Shown piece by piece: positions 1 to 10,984 of a DNA stretch of 62,619 bases. The notes under the pieces are model-generated. The model worked only from the letters and a program-made list of their open reading frames with translations, searched no databases and had not been told where the DNA came from. Source of the DNA: Eubacteriales bacterium (GTDB lineage Bacteria; Bacillota; Clostridia; Oscillospirales; CAG-272). The stretch lies in assembly GCA_045125655.1 (NCBI GenBank), contig JBGVNP010000109.1, positions 1 through 62,619 of the forward strand, in the 5' to 3' direction. Numbering within the stretch: the first letter of the stretch is position 1; each line of letters begins with the position of its first letter. The translations under genes and the position numbers were made by a program.

Positions 1-37
1 CCTGTACAATTTTTGTTAACGGTAAAGGAGTTCAAAA

Positions 38-292
38 ATGGCAGAAAGAAATATGGAAACTCAGATGTTCCGCGTTCCAAGTGAGCGAGAGGACGAAACC
101 AAAAGAATACTTCAGGAAATCTATAATGCTTTGAGCGAGAGAGGATACAATCCCATCAATCAGATCGTTGGATATATCATCTCCGAGGACCCTACCTATA
201 TCACTAACCATAATAATGCAAGAGCACTTATTAGAAAACTTGACCGCGATGAACTTCTTGCAAAGCTTTTGAAGAATTATCTCGACATCTAA
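38..292 (+). CDS. IreB-family regulatory phosphoprotein (UPF0297)
   Basis: 84-aa ORF behind an AAAGGAG RBS. The core [26 protein letters not shown] matches the small Firmicute UPF0297/IreB family. Confidence 0.75.
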   Translation: MAERNMETQMFRVPSEREDETKRILQEIYNALSERGYNPINQIVGYIISEDPTYITNHNNARALIRKLDRDELLAKLLKNYLDI

Positions 293-294
293 AA

Positions 295-1218
295 ATGAGG
301 TTTATTAATTTAAAAACCAAAACCGAAGAAGCTTTTATTTCACATCCAACCATATTATGTCTTGGAAATTTTGACGGTGTTCATATTGGGCACCGTCAAC
401 TTGTTGCATCGGTTTTGCAAAATCAAACGACACTTAAATCTGAATATCCCGACGTGGTCAGCGGAGCATGGTTTTTTGACTCTAATTTCTATAAGACCAC
501 GGATGAGATCTACTCCCTTTCCGAAAAGCTTGATGTGTTTGCGGATCTTGGGCTTGAATATGCCATTATTGCTAATTTTGACGAAATGAAAGGTCTTTCA
601 CCCTCCAGCTTCGTATGCGACGTACTTAAGCGAGATTGCAAATGTATTCATGCCGTTTGCGGAGAAAATTTTAGATTTGGCAGTAAGGCATCGGGAAACC
701 CCAAGATGCTCTCAGATCTTATGTGTCAAAATGCTACTGTACTTCCCTTATTGACTTTTGATGCGGACGTGGTTTCATCAACCTATATTCGCTCCCTTCT
801 TGCAAACGGTGCAGTTGAAAAGGCAAATGAGCTGCTAAGTCAAAATTACTCCATTTGTGAGAGTGTTGTACATGGTAAAGCGCTCGGAAGAAAATTGGGT
901 ATTCCCACCATCAATCAAAACATTCAAAGCAAGAGCTTAATACTCAAAAACGGTATATATGCAACCGTTTGCACGCTTGACGGACAGAGATATTACGGCG
1001 TTACCAACGTTGGTGTGCGCCCCACCGTTGAAAGCTCCAAGCATAAAAATATTGAAACGTATATCATTGGTTTTGACGGAGATTGCTATGACAAGCTCGT
1101 TAAGATCGAGTTTGTTCATCGCATTCGCGACGAAATGAAATTCGACAGTGTAGATGCTCTCAAATCGCAAATTGAAAGCGATATTTCAGCCACAAAATCA
1201 TATTTTAAAATAATATAA
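295..1218 (+). CDS. ribF: Bifunctional riboflavin kinase / FAD synthetase
   Basis: 307 aa. N-terminal nucleotidyltransferase motif GNFDGVHIGHRQL. C-terminal riboflavin-kinase segments GIPTINQN, GVTNVGVRPT, ETYIIGFDGDCYDK. Confidence 0.9.
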   Translation: MRFINLKTKTEEAFISHPTILCLGNFDGVHIGHRQLVASVLQNQTTLKSEYPDVVSGAWFFDSNFYKTTDEIYSLSEKLDVFADLGLEYAIIANFDEMKGLSPSSFVCDVLKRDCKCIHAVCGENFRFGSKASGNPKMLSDLMCQNATVLPLLTFDADVVSSTYIRSLLANGAVEKANELLSQNYSICESVVHGKALGRKLGIPTINQNIQSKSLILKNGIYATVCTLDGQRYYGVTNVGVRPTVESSKHKNIETYIIGFDGDCYDKLVKIEFVHRIRDEMKFDSVDALKSQIESDISATKSYFKII

Positions 1219-1232
1219 AAGAGGTGAGAACG

Positions 1233-2534
1233 ATGCTCAAAAAGATAATAGCTTTTATTATCATGAGTTTAATTTTGTTCTCATCCTTTTCTATGCTCGC
1301 AAGTGCATATACCATCGTTGAAGACAATGGAAATATAGACGCCTATTACCTATACAATTTTGAAACAAATCGAGTAATGGCATCCAAAAATCTCGATAAA
1401 GTAATTTCCGCATCTTCAACTGTTAAAATGATGAGCGCATTGGTTGCTCTTGAATCGGGCATTGAATTAAATTCACCTATCACAGTCACTCAAGACATGA
1501 TAAAAGGTATAAATGGGAGATTTATGGGGCTTGAGGTTGGTGATAAGCTCTCACTTGAGGATCTTCTCTACTGCATGGTCGGAGCTTCCTTTAACGATGC
1601 TACACACGCCCTTGCAATCAGTATTGGCGGCTCTTTGGACGGCTTTATTCAAATGATGAACAACAAGGCAAAAGAGCTTCAGATGAGTAACACTGTTTAT
1701 TACGATGCTACCGGAATGTCAAGTGAATCCAAGACATCAATCCGTGATATTCTTATTCTTGCTCAACGCCTTATTGAAAATGAAAAATATATAAAAATAG
1801 CATCAACCAAAACACATCAGTTATCCTCCTTTGCAACCTGTGAATTTAACAAAATCACTAATAGATCTACCCTGATGGGAGATTATAAAGGCCTAGTAAA
1901 TTTAAACGTTGGCTCAAGTGCTAATGGCGGAGATGCGGCTGTATCATACTATGATAACGGCAGGGTTTCATTTATCTGCATAGTTATGGGCGCAGTTTCA
2001 AACGATCCCAAAAGAACGGATAATCTTGCAGAAAAATACACAAAAGAGCTACTTGATCACGCCTTATATGATAACTCTTTCAAAACAGTAATTAATAAAA
2101 AGCAAGCTGTTACATATCTTCCCGTAAAATATTCACTGTCGGATGAAAAGGTTGGTATATATCTCAAAGAGGATCTTAAGGTATATTTGCCCGATGACGT
2201 CGTGCCTGAAGAAGACCTTGATATAAATTACTATCTGCTTTCAAACGAGCTATCAGCCCCTTTAAAATCGGGAGATAAGGTTGGAGTGCTTACGGTGTCC
2301 AAAAACGGAAAATTCTTGGCTTCTGCCGATCTTGTCGTTAATGAATCAGTTGACCGAAACATATTTTTATTTATAATCTCTTCAGTTAGAGATTTTATTT
2401 TAAGCAAATATTTTATACTCATTTTCGTTTCATTTGTAATTTTGATGCTTTCATTTTATTTCTATAAATTGAAATTACTCAATAAAATGTATGGCAAATA
2501 CGAAAAGAAGAAAACGAGATATATCAATAAATAA
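1233..2534 (+). CDS. D-alanyl-D-alanine carboxypeptidase (serine peptidase S11, PBP5-like) with C-terminal membrane anchor
   Basis: Signal peptide, SxxK motif SASSTVKMM, SxN motif SFND, hydrophobic C-terminal helix. ATG at 1233 preferred over the track GTG at 1224 because AAGAGG sits 9 nt upstream of 1233. Confidence 0.8.
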   Translation: MLKKIIAFIIMSLILFSSFSMLASAYTIVEDNGNIDAYYLYNFETNRVMASKNLDKVISASSTVKMMSALVALESGIELNSPITVTQDMIKGINGRFMGLEVGDKLSLEDLLYCMVGASFNDATHALAISIGGSLDGFIQMMNNKAKELQMSNTVYYDATGMSSESKTSIRDILILAQRLIENEKYIKIASTKTHQLSSFATCEFNKITNRSTLMGDYKGLVNLNVGSSANGGDAAVSYYDNGRVSFICIVMGAVSNDPKRTDNLAEKYTKELLDHALYDNSFKTVINKKQAVTYLPVKYSLSDEKVGIYLKEDLKVYLPDDVVPEEDLDINYYLLSNELSAPLKSGDKVGVLTVSKNGKFLASADLVVNESVDRNIFLFIISSVRDFILSKYFILIFVSFVILMLSFYFYKLKLLNKMYGKYEKKKTRYINK

Positions 2535-2564
2535 AAATAATTCAAAAATAATTCAAAAACCCCT

Positions 2565-2592
2565 TGATTTTTTTGTTTTTCTATGATATAAT
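2565..2592 (+). promoter_or_regulatory. Sigma-A-type promoter for tRNA-Trp
   Basis: TTGATT, 16-nt spacer, TGaTATAAT (extended -10), about 30 nt upstream of the tRNA 5' end. Confidence 0.5.
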
Positions 2593-2621
2593 GTCAAAGT
2601 CGTCAAAAGACGGCGCAATAT

Positions 2622-2697
2622 AGGGGTGTAGCTCAGTTGGTAGAGTACTGGTCTCCAAAACCATGGGTCGTGGGTTCGAGTCCTTCCGCCCCTGCCA
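2622..2697 (+). tRNA. trnW: tRNA-Trp (anticodon CCA), CCA end encoded
   Basis: Cloverleaf readable by eye. Acceptor AGGGGTG pairs with CGCCCCT. D-arm GCTCAGTTGGTAGAGT, anticodon loop CTCCAAA, T-arm GGGTTCGAGTCC, 3' GCCA. Confidence 0.93.
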
Positions 2698-2703
2698 AAT
2701 AAG

Positions 2704-2749
2704 AAACAGTAGATTGATACAATCGTATCGACCTACTGTTTTCTTTTTA
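2704..2749. terminator. Intrinsic terminator shared by tRNA-Trp (+) and the NERD gene (-)
   Basis: AAACAGTAG pairs with CTACTGTTT, with an inner GATAC/GTATC stem, followed by TTCTTTTTAT. A-rich on the other side. Confidence 0.7.
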
Positions 2750-2775
2750 TCGTTAAAAGAACGATATTCGTTAAA

Positions 2776-3639
2776 TTACTGGTTTAGCGTCCTGCCCAAC
2801 TCAATATAATCCAATTTGCATAAGGCGTAGATGCTGATGCGACCGTTGTCGCTAACTTGAATTTTTGCATTTTCAAGAGTTATAGTTCTTACTGAACCGT
2901 CCGCCATAGTAATATGCAATTCGTCATAAGACCAATGGTGGGAGATGCGGATGAAAGCGATATTATCCGCAGAAATATTACCTTGGGGAGTTTCAAAGCG
3001 CAATGTGGCTCGGTTGATAATACAATGCAAGGACTTTCCCCAAGCGTTGGCATATAGGTAGTCGGCGGGAACGCATTTTTCAAAAAAGTCATTTACACTT
3101 GTGCCGAAAGAAGCCTTGCCGTCATTGCTGATATAATCCACAAGGTCTTGATAGCGATCAAACCATACGTTATCCGAAAAAGCGGAAACCGACTCAAGCT
3201 CATCATCCTCAAAGAACACAACGGCATTCATCCACGCTTTAAGGGGGATTTGCTTTCGCAAAAGGTATATGGCTCTTCCAAGTTGTTTGAATGGTGATTT
3301 CAGGAGCTTTGTATGCATCTCTCCCGTCCACCTGTCCGTTTTTTCTTGCAAAAAGCCATCATCTCGTTCGGTCAGACATCCCTTCCAACGCTTGACTTCT
3401 ATAGCAAAAAGCTTATTATTATGGAGAACCAGGCAGTCAATTTCTGCATTGCCATCCGGTGTTGAAATGACTACATTTCTTTTAATTTTACACGAAGGAA
3501 GCCCTCTGCGGAGTCTATATGTAAATTCATCCTCGCCGTAATTACCGTAACGCTTCGCCTCATTTACATACGGAATGGAGGACTCCCCGGCTCTTACAAA
3601 GCCCATTTTGATTTTATGAAAAAATGCTCGTATTCCCAC
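2776..3639 (-). CDS. NERD (nuclease-related) domain protein with uncharacterised C-terminal half
   Basis: NERD signature GEDEF...DGNAEIDCLVLHNNKLFAIEVKRWKG. GTG start at 3639 with AAGGAGG 6 nt upstream. The track's longer N-terminus (to 3681) contains the promoter. Confidence 0.75.
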   Translation of the reverse strand: MGIRAFFHKIKMGFVRAGESSIPYVNEAKRYGNYGEDEFTYRLRRGLPSCKIKRNVVISTPDGNAEIDCLVLHNNKLFAIEVKRWKGCLTERDDGFLQEKTDRWTGEMHTKLLKSPFKQLGRAIYLLRKQIPLKAWMNAVVFFEDDELESVSAFSDNVWFDRYQDLVDYISNDGKASFGTSVNDFFEKCVPADYLYANAWGKSLHCIINRATLRFETPQGNISADNIAFIRISHHWSYDELHITMADGSVRTITLENAKIQVSDNGRISIYALCKLDYIELGRTLNQ

Positions 3640-3669
3640 GGTATACCTCCTTAAGTAATTTTCACGCCA

Positions 3670-3698
3670 ATTATAACACATTTTTATGAGTTTTTCAA
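3670..3698 (-). promoter_or_regulatory. Promoter of the NERD gene
   Basis: Minus strand reads TTGAAA, 17 nt, TATAAT. Confidence 0.6.
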
Positions 3699-3780
3699 TC
3701 GGTTACAGTAAAAAGTAGCTTTAATTGTGCATAGAAATTCGTTTAGGCAGTTCATTGTATCAACGAGTGTGTTATTACAC

Positions 3781-3820
3781 AAAAACAAAAAGGTCGCTTG
3801 TTAGCGACCTTTTTGTTTTT
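3781..3820. terminator. Perfect 18-bp palindromic hairpin (bidirectional terminator-like)
   Basis: AAAAACAAAAAGGTCGCT tgtt AGCGACCTTTTTGTTTTT. Confidence 0.6.
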
Positions 3821-3866
3821 GTTGTGTGCAATCCTTGAGCACTTGTGAGCGAGAAAAATATTGCAG

Positions 3867-3897
3867 AAAAAAGCCAAGTCAAATGACTTGGCTTTTT
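3867..3897. terminator. Intrinsic terminator downstream of the cysteine synthase-like gene
   Basis: AAAAAGCCAAGTCA aa TGACTTGGCTTTTT. U-tracts on both strands. Confidence 0.65.
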
Positions 3898-3979
3898 GAT
3901 CTTTATTCAATAACTGTTGGTAAGTTCATTATATCACAGCAATTTGAAATTTGCAACATTTTTTAATATTTCAATTCAT

Positions 3980-4828
3980 TCAAAGATATCTCTCCCCCGA
4001 ATCGGCAAAAATCAAAACTATATTTTTATTTATGTATTCTTGAGTTTTGCACAATTGGTTTACGGCTGATAGAACTGCCCCCGATGAATACCCTACAAAA
4101 ATCCCGTCAGTTTTTATCAATTCATCCCTCTCCCTTTCCGCATCAAGAGAAGAAACGAGCAAGGCATTATCATAAATTGATTTGTCAAGTATTTTAGGGA
4201 TAAAACCTGCGCCTATTCCCGCTATATTATCATTTTGAGAAAGTGGAAGAACTCCTCTTATTTCTACATTTTTGAAATAATTGCTCAAGCCCGATGCAGT
4301 ACCGCCCGATCCAATACCGCAAATTATCATATCGACCTTCCCTCTCAATGATTTTTCAATCTCGGGCGCGGTGCTATAATAATGCGCCCGTAAATTTGAA
4401 TAGTTATCGAATTGCCTTGTGAAAAACGAATACTTTGTTTTTAGATTTTCAAGCATATTCACACTTCCCGATATTCCATCCTCGGCTTTAGTTAATATCA
4501 AATCAGCTCCGTATGATCGTATTAGCTGCTTTCTTTTTTCACTCATATTTTGAGGCATAATTATGGTGCATTTATATCCCTTTAAGGAGGATATAGCTGC
4601 AACTGCTATACCCATATTACCAGAACTTGCTTCGATAATTTCCATATTTTTATTCAACAATCCCTCCCGTTCGGCATCACATATTATTCGATATGCAGCT
4701 CTATCCTTGATTGAGCCAAACGGATTTAAATATTCAAGTTTAGCATATATATTCGCCTTTATTTTGTTAGCTTTTTCAAATCCATTCAAGCGAACAATAG
4801 GTGTGTTCCCAATAAAATCAGTTATCAT
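3980..4828 (-). CDS. PLP-dependent cysteine synthase family protein (CysK/CysM-like)
   Basis: PLP-lysine motif NPFGSIKDRAA, SSGNMG loop, GIGSGGTASG glycine loop. ATG at 4828 (MITDFIGNTPIVRL) has an AGGAG RBS. The track TTG at 4849 is less likely. Confidence 0.8.
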   Translation of the reverse strand: MITDFIGNTPIVRLNGFEKANKIKANIYAKLEYLNPFGSIKDRAAYRIICDAEREGLLNKNMEIIEASSGNMGIAVAAISSLKGYKCTIIMPQNMSEKRKQLIRSYGADLILTKAEDGISGSVNMLENLKTKYSFFTRQFDNYSNLRAHYYSTAPEIEKSLRGKVDMIICGIGSGGTASGLSNYFKNVEIRGVLPLSQNDNIAGIGAGFIPKILDKSIYDNALLVSSLDAERERDELIKTDGIFVGYSSGAVLSAVNQLCKTQEYINKNIVLIFADSGERYL

Positions 4829-4936
4829 TGTATCTCCTGAATAAAGCAAAATTTAGATTATTTTTCATTATTTATATGTGATTTTTTCATTGTTTTTGCA
4901 GAAAATAATTACAAAACAACGAAAAGAGTTACGATT

Positions 4937-5656
4937 ATGAAAAAAGTTCTTTTTTTATATAAATATACTGTTTTTTTATTAGCTTTATCTGTTTTTATTT
5001 TATTCTCAAACATGCCAAAAGAAATAAATACTAATCAAGATTTCGATGACAGGATTCTATACGAAACTGACGATGTAGGTCAAGCTTATATCGAGAATAT
5101 CTATTTCATTGGAGATTCCACAACGTATCATTTTCACAAGGTGGGCATCAAGATGTCACATATTTTAGTGCCCGATTCCCTCACTCTTAAGCTGGACTCG
5201 AGAATTGCCGATATAAACGTGCTCCCACACAATACAAGCATTGCCAATTCACTGAATATGGCAGACGCAAAGCTTGCCATAATAACCCTTGGGGTGAACG
5301 GAGCTGATTCCTTTAACGAAAAAGCATTTAAAACGTATTATAAAAAGCTGATTGCGTCCATTCGCGCTACCTCTCCAAATACTGATATTATTTTACAATC
5401 AATTTTTCCTGTTGCGGAGTGGTACAGCAACGAGGGACATGGGATAACCAACAAAGGAATTGACAAGCTAAATCTATGGATAAGAGATATTGTTAAAGAG
5501 GAACAATTATATTATCTTGATACACAATCGGTTTTAAAAAATCAAAATGGAGCTTTAATAACAGCTTACGAGGTTGGAGACGGAGTTCACCTCAACTCAT
5601 CGGGGTATCAAGCAATAATCGAATATATACGCACTCATGCGCTTATTAAGGAGTAA
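4937..5656 (+). CDS. SGNH/GDSL-family hydrolase, membrane-anchored
   Basis: N-terminal TM helix. Block I FIGDSTT, block II/III GVNG, block V DGVHLN. Confidence 0.75.
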   Translation: MKKVLFLYKYTVFLLALSVFILFSNMPKEINTNQDFDDRILYETDDVGQAYIENIYFIGDSTTYHFHKVGIKMSHILVPDSLTLKLDSRIADINVLPHNTSIANSLNMADAKLAIITLGVNGADSFNEKAFKTYYKKLIASIRATSPNTDIILQSIFPVAEWYSNEGHGITNKGIDKLNLWIRDIVKEEQLYYLDTQSVLKNQNGALITAYEVGDGVHLNSSGYQAIIEYIRTHALIKE

Positions 5657-5659
5657 AAA

Positions 5660-6154
5660 ATGAAAAAAATATATCTTACACTTTTAATTATAATCGTTTT
5701 GATATTTAGCGTTTCTTGTACTGAAAATATTTATTCAAATTCCTTTAACACTTATGAACTATATTCAAGAGCAATACCAAGAGATATTAACAGTAACGTA
5801 TCGGTGCTCGATAAAGACGTTATTTATGAGATATCCGACTCTGTACCTGTAAATTTAACGGATTATACGGTTATATGCAACAAGGATGCAAAGAATATCA
5901 ATGAAATTGGAATTTTTAAGTTTAATGACGGTAGATTATACGAATTTGAGGCAATAGTAAAAAAATATGTTGAAGATAAGCAAAATATGTATCGAGCTAT
6001 GAATTACCTTCCCAATGAAGCAGAAAAGATTGAATTTGCTAAAGTAAAAGTATTTGGAAATTATCTTATTTATTCTTTTTTAGATGAAGAAAACACCAAT
6101 ACTTTTTATTCAAATATTGAAAACTTATTAAAAAATGAAAGCACGGCAAGATAA
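5660..6154 (+). CDS. Putative lipoprotein, DUF4358-like
   Basis: AGGAG RBS. Signal peptide with lipobox-like FSVSC. C-terminal pattern YLPNEAEKIEFAKVKVFGNYLIY resembles DUF4358 proteins, which often pair with SGNH hydrolases in Clostridia. Confidence 0.55.
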   Translation: MKKIYLTLLIIIVLIFSVSCTENIYSNSFNTYELYSRAIPRDINSNVSVLDKDVIYEISDSVPVNLTDYTVICNKDAKNINEIGIFKFNDGRLYEFEAIVKKYVEDKQNMYRAMNYLPNEAEKIEFAKVKVFGNYLIYSFLDEENTNTFYSNIENLLKNESTAR

Positions 6155-6170
6155 TTGCCGTGCTTTGTTT
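6138..6170. terminator. Bidirectional terminator between convergent genes
   Basis: AAAGCACGGCAA gataa TTGCCGTGCTTT overlaps the stop codon of the upstream + gene. Confidence 0.6.
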
Positions 6171-9003
6171 ATTCATTTAATATTTTCTTAAGATATGCTC
6201 CTGTAAAGCTACCTATGGTATTTGCTACTTCTTCGGGTGTTCCTTGAGCAACGATTGTGCCGCCGCCGTCACCGCCCTCAGGTCCCAAGTCGATAATATG
6301 ATCTGCGCTCTTAATTACGTCAAGATTATGCTCAATAACAAGAACAGTATTTCCACCGTCAACGAGTCTTTGCAAAATTGTGAGGAGTTTTGATACGTCC
6401 TCAGTGTGCAATCCTGTAGTGGGCTCATCAAGAATATAAATCGTTTTGCCCGTGCTTCTCTTGGCAAGCTCGGTGGCAAGCTTGACTCTTTGTGCCTCAC
6501 CGCCCGAAAGAGTTGTTGAGGATTGACCGATCTTTATATATCCAAGTCCAACGTCATAAAGGGTTTCAAGCTTTTTGCGAATTTTAGGCAAACCGTCAAA
6601 GAATTCAAGTCCTTCCTCAATGGTCATATCAAGGACGTCTGCAATATTCTTGCCTTTGAATTTAACGTCGAGCGTATCACGGTTATATCTCTTGCCCTTG
6701 CAAACGTCACAGGTAACGTAAACGTCGGGCAAGAAATGCATTTCTATACACTTAACTCCGTCACCCTCGCACGCCTCACATCTTCCTCCTTTGACGTTAA
6801 AGGAAAATCTTCCCGAGGAATATCCTCTTGATTTCGCATCAGTCGTTTGGGCAAAAAGATTCCTTATATCGGTAAACAGTCCCGTGTACGTTGCGGGATT
6901 AGAACGTGGGGTTCTGCCAATGGGGCTTTGATCAATACAAATAACCTTATCAAGATTTTCATAACCCGTTATTTTATCGTGCTTACCCGGCACCTGATAA
7001 AATGCGTGATTGAGCTTTGTAGCAAGCTTCGGATAAAGAATACCGTTCACTAACGAAGATTTACCCGATCCGGACACGCCGCTAACAACTGTAAGGACGC
7101 CAAGAGGGATCTTAACGTCAATATTTTTAAGGTTATGTTCCCTTGCGCCCAATATTTCGAGATAGCTTCCGTTTCCGTTTCTTCTCTTTTCAGGCACGGG
7201 AATTTTCTTGCGCTTTGCAAGATATGCGCCCGTGATGGATTTGGGGGCATTCATCACCTCTTCAGGAGTGCCTGCCGCCACTACTTCTCCACCGTGTATT
7301 CCTGCTCCGGGACCAATATCGATAATATAATCGGATTCAAGCATAGTTTCTTCATCATGCTCAACGACGATAACCGTATTTCCCATATCACGAAGCTTTT
7401 TAAGAGTTGCGATAAGCTTAGAATTATCACGCTGATGCAAGCCGATGCTTGGCTCGTCGAGGATATAAAGCACACCGACAAGTGATGAGCCGATCTGTGT
7501 GGCAAGGCGAATTCTTTGCGCTTCGCCACCTGACAGCGAGCCCGCTTTTCTTGAAAGCGTGAGATAATCAAGTCCAACGCTTGACAAAAATCCGAGTCTT
7601 GCTCTTATTTCCTTTAATATCTCCTTTGCTATCGCTTCCTCGGTAGGAGTTAGTGACAGATTGTTGACGAAATCCAACTCATTTTTTATAGGCAAATCAC
7701 AAAGTTTATCAATGGGCAATTCTCCGACGGTTACGGCAAGCACGGCGGGAGAAAGTCGTCTACCAAGACATTCGGGACAGGGAGAGTCTTCAACAAATTC
7801 GTCATAGTAATCGTTATTATTCTGCATATTCATTCTCTGCTGAATAATTTGAATCACACCGTCAAATTTTGCCCTTTGCTTATGCGCCTCTCCGCCAAAA
7901 TATCTAACTATATCATAGGTCTCAGCTCCCGATCCGTATAGCAAAACATTCATTGCATCGTCCGAAAACTTATCGAGAGGAGTATCAAGATCAAAGCCAA
8001 ATTTTTCGCCGACAGCTATAAAGAGAGGTCCGTTCCAGCTTTCCTCTTCAAGCGACTTGAAGCCGTTTACCGCTATTGCTCCCTCGTGCAAGGAGAGGGA
8101 TTTATCGGGAATGATCTTATCAATGGAAAGCTTTCTTAATGTTCCAAGACCAAAGCATTTTGGACATGCCCCAGTAGGATTGTTGAACGAGAACATTCTC
8201 GGCTCCAGATCACCAATGGAAAAGCCATGCTCCTCGCAGGCGTATGACTGAGAAAATGAAATCTCCTCAACCTCATCCCCATCACGCGGAACGGTGCTTA
8301 TAAGCAAGTATCCGTCGGAGGCAGAAAGCGCACTTTCCACCGAATCAGACAAACGCGAGCGTATGTCTGCGCGCATAATCAATCGGTCAACAACGATCTC
8401 TATATCGTGCTTTTTGTTTTTATCAAGCACGATTTCTTCACTAAGATCGTACATATTCCCGTCCACTCTCACGCGAACGTAACCGCTTTTCTTGGCATCA
8501 GCAAAAATTTTTTCGTGCCTTCCCTTTTGTCCTTTGACAACGGGTGCTAATACCATAAAACGTGTGCCCTCATCCATCATCATAATTCTATCTATGATTT
8601 GGTCAATAGTTTGGCGTCTAATCTCTTTTCCGCACTCGGGACAATGAGGAATACCAATTCTTGCATAGAGCAATCGAAGGTAATCATATATTTCCGTTAC
8701 CGTTCCAACTGTAGAACGGGGATTTTTTGACGTGGTTTTCTGGTCTATTGAAATAGCGGGAGAAAGTCCCTCAATAGAATCCATATCGGGCTTGTCCATC
8801 TGTCCCAAAAACATTCTCGCGTATGAGGAGAGGGACTCAACAAACTGTCTATGGCCCTCGGCATATATGGTATCAAACGCGAGTGAGGTCTTACCCGAAC
8901 CCGAAAGTCCCGTTAAAATAACGAGCTTATCACGAGGGATAAATACATCAATATTTTTGAGATTGTTAACTCTTGCGCCCTTTACAATTATATTTTTTAC
9001 CAT
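6169..9003 (-). CDS. uvrA: Excinuclease ABC subunit A
   Basis: 944 aa. Two ABC ATPase modules ([18 protein letters not shown]; LSGGEAQR twice) and zinc-finger CxxC pairs. Confidence 0.97.
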   Translation of the reverse strand: MVKNIIVKGARVNNLKNIDVFIPRDKLVILTGLSGSGKTSLAFDTIYAEGHRQFVESLSSYARMFLGQMDKPDMDSIEGLSPAISIDQKTTSKNPRSTVGTVTEIYDYLRLLYARIGIPHCPECGKEIRRQTIDQIIDRIMMMDEGTRFMVLAPVVKGQKGRHEKIFADAKKSGYVRVRVDGNMYDLSEEIVLDKNKKHDIEIVVDRLIMRADIRSRLSDSVESALSASDGYLLISTVPRDGDEVEEISFSQSYACEEHGFSIGDLEPRMFSFNNPTGACPKCFGLGTLRKLSIDKIIPDKSLSLHEGAIAVNGFKSLEEESWNGPLFIAVGEKFGFDLDTPLDKFSDDAMNVLLYGSGAETYDIVRYFGGEAHKQRAKFDGVIQIIQQRMNMQNNNDYYDEFVEDSPCPECLGRRLSPAVLAVTVGELPIDKLCDLPIKNELDFVNNLSLTPTEEAIAKEILKEIRARLGFLSSVGLDYLTLSRKAGSLSGGEAQRIRLATQIGSSLVGVLYILDEPSIGLHQRDNSKLIATLKKLRDMGNTVIVVEHDEETMLESDYIIDIGPGAGIHGGEVVAAGTPEEVMNAPKSITGAYLAKRKKIPVPEKRRNGNGSYLEILGAREHNLKNIDVKIPLGVLTVVSGVSGSGKSSLVNGILYPKLATKLNHAFYQVPGKHDKITGYENLDKVICIDQSPIGRTPRSNPATYTGLFTDIRNLFAQTTDAKSRGYSSGRFSFNVKGGRCEACEGDGVKCIEMHFLPDVYVTCDVCKGKRYNRDTLDVKFKGKNIADVLDMTIEEGLEFFDGLPKIRKKLETLYDVGLGYIKIGQSSTTLSGGEAQRVKLATELAKRSTGKTIYILDEPTTGLHTEDVSKLLTILQRLVDGGNTVLVIEHNLDVIKSADHIIDLGPEGGDGGGTIVAQGTPEEVANTIGSFTGAYLKKILNE

Positions 9004-9016
9004 TTTATTTCCTTTT

Positions 9017-10984
9017 TTATTTTCTTAATTCTGCAATTTTATCACGAAGGAATGCCGCCTTTTCAAATTCAAGGTGACGGGCAGCTTCGCGCATCTCCTT
9101 AGTAAGTCGCTCGATAAGCTCATCCTTTTCCTTCTTGGACATTTTTGCATTATTCTTCTTTTTCTTGCCCGACTTATCATCATCTCGCATACCGAGATCA
9201 ATGAGATCACGAACTCCCTTTACAATGGTTTTGGGCGTGATGCCGTTCAGTTCATTATATTCACTCTGTATCTTGCGGCGACGGTTAGTTTCACTGATCG
9301 CACGCTCCATTGAGCCGGTAATCTTATCTGCATACATTATTACCTTACCTTCCGCATTTCTTGCAGCTCTGCCTATGGTCTGTATCAACGAAGTCTCAGC
9401 TCTCAAAAAGCCCTCTTTATCGGCATCCAAAATTGCCACAAGGGATACTTCGGGAATATCAAGTCCTTCTCTTAAAAGGTTGATTCCCACAAGAACATCA
9501 AATTTGCCAAGTCGGAGATCGCGAATTATCTCCATTCTCTCCATGGTATCAACGTTAAAGTGAATATATCTGACCTTTATTCCGTTATTTTTAAGATACT
9601 CGGTCAAGTCCTCTGCCATCTGCTTGGTAAGAGTTGTAACGAGCACGCGCTCATTCTTATCAACTCTCATCTTTATTTCACCCATAAGATCATCAATCTG
9701 ACCTTCAATGGGACGAACGATTATTTCGGGATCAACAAGTCCTGTCGGTCTAATGATCTGCTCAACTATTTGTGTTGAATGCTCCTTCTCATAATCGGCA
9801 GGTGTTGCACTTACGAATATTGCTTGATTTATCCTATCCTCAAATTCATCGAATTTTAAAGGTCGGTTATCGTAAGCTGACGGTAAACGGAATCCAAAAT
9901 CTATAAGATTCTTTTTTCTTGCTGTGTCACCGCCGCTCATACCTCTTACCTGAGGTATGGATACGTGTGACTCGTCAACTATCAACAAATAATCGTCGGG
10001 GAGATAGTCAAGCAAGGTATATGGTGTACTGCCCTCGGGTCTACCCGAAAGGACTCTTGAATAGTTCTCAACGCCCGAGCAGAATCCCACCTCGCGAAGC
10101 ATCTCCATATCGTATTTGACGCGCTCGCTTATTCTCTGCGCCTCAATAAATTTATTCTGAGATTGAAAATACTCAACTCGCTCCTGCATTTCCTGCATGA
10201 TTTCGCTAATGGCAGCATCTCTCTTTTCATCCGATACTGCATAGTGCGTTGCAGGATAAATGGGAACGTAGGACAAAACTCTCAAAATTTCGCCCGTTAT
10301 AGTATTTATTTCGGATATTCGATCAATTTCATCTCCGAAAAATTCAACTCTTATTGCCTTATCTCCGCTCGATGCAGGAAAGATCTCAACGGTATCTCCG
10401 CGGACTCTAAAATTATCTCTTACAAAATTGATGTCATTTCTATCGTAGCTGATGGATATCAAGCGTCTTACAAGCTTATCCCTCGACATCTCCATTCCGG
10501 GACGAAGATCAATAACAAGATTTTTGTATTCCTCGGGATCACCCAAGGAATATATACAAGAAACCGATGCAACGATAATAACGTCGCGCCTTTCAAACAA
10601 TGAAGATGTGGCACTGTGACGAAGCATATCAATCTCATCGTTTATCATAGCATCCTTTTCGATATAAATATCTTTTCCTGGAATATATGCTTCGGGCTGA
10701 TAATAATCGTAGTAGGACACGAAATATTCTACCGCATTCTCAGGAAAAAATTCACGAAATTCCGAGCAAAGCTGCGCGGCAAGGGTTTTATTATGTGCCA
10801 AAACAAGTGTGGGTCTATTCACGTTGGCAATAACGTTTGCCATTGTAAAGGTCTTGCCCGATCCCGTAACGCCGAGCAGGGTTTGCATTTTATCACCGCG
10901 AAGAACTCCTTCTGTAAGCGCATCTATCGCTTGCGGCTGATCTCCCGTGGGACTGAATGATGATACAAGCTTAAATTTATTCAT
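9017..10984 (-). CDS. uvrB: Excinuclease ABC subunit B
   Basis: 655 aa. Helicase motif [13 protein letters not shown] box, C-terminal UVR domain ([13 protein letters not shown]). Confidence 0.97.
   Translation of the reverse strand: MNKFKLVSSFSPTGDQPQAIDALTEGVLRGDKMQTLLGVTGSGKTFTMANVIANVNRPTLVLAHNKTLAAQLCSEFREFFPENAVEYFVSYYDYYQPEAYIPGKDIYIEKDAMINDEIDMLRHSATSSLFERRDVIIVASVSCIYSLGDPEEYKNLVIDLRPGMEMSRDKLVRRLISISYDRNDINFVRDNFRVRGDTVEIFPASSGDKAIRVEFFGDEIDRISEINTITGEILRVLSYVPIYPATHYAVSDEKRDAAISEIMQEMQERVEYFQSQNKFIEAQRISERVKYDMEMLREVGFCSGVENYSRVLSGRPEGSTPYTLLDYLPDDYLLIVDESHVSIPQVRGMSGGDTARKKNLIDFGFRLPSAYDNRPLKFDEFEDRINQAIFVSATPADYEKEHSTQIVEQIIRPTGLVDPEIIVRPIEGQIDDLMGEIKMRVDKNERVLVTTLTKQMAEDLTEYLKNNGIKVRYIHFNVDTMERMEIIRDLRLGKFDVLVGINLLREGLDIPEVSLVAILDADKEGFLRAETSLIQTIGRAARNAEGKVIMYADKITGSMERAISETNRRRKIQSEYNELNGITPKTIVKGVRDLIDLGMRDDDKSGKKKKNNAKMSKKEKDELIERLTKEMREAARHLEFEKAAFLRDKIAELRK

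Noticed and set aside
2534-2559. Direct repeat AAAATAATTCAAA x2 after the carboxypeptidase gene
   Set aside because: It is a short AT-rich duplication in an AT-rich spacer. No associated structure or ORF is present, so it is probably slippage.
2622-3979. tRNA-Trp-associated genomic islet carrying the NERD gene
   Set aside because: I found no integrase, no direct repeat of the tRNA 3' end, and no compositional jump. It is kept only as a single-gene accessory candidate.
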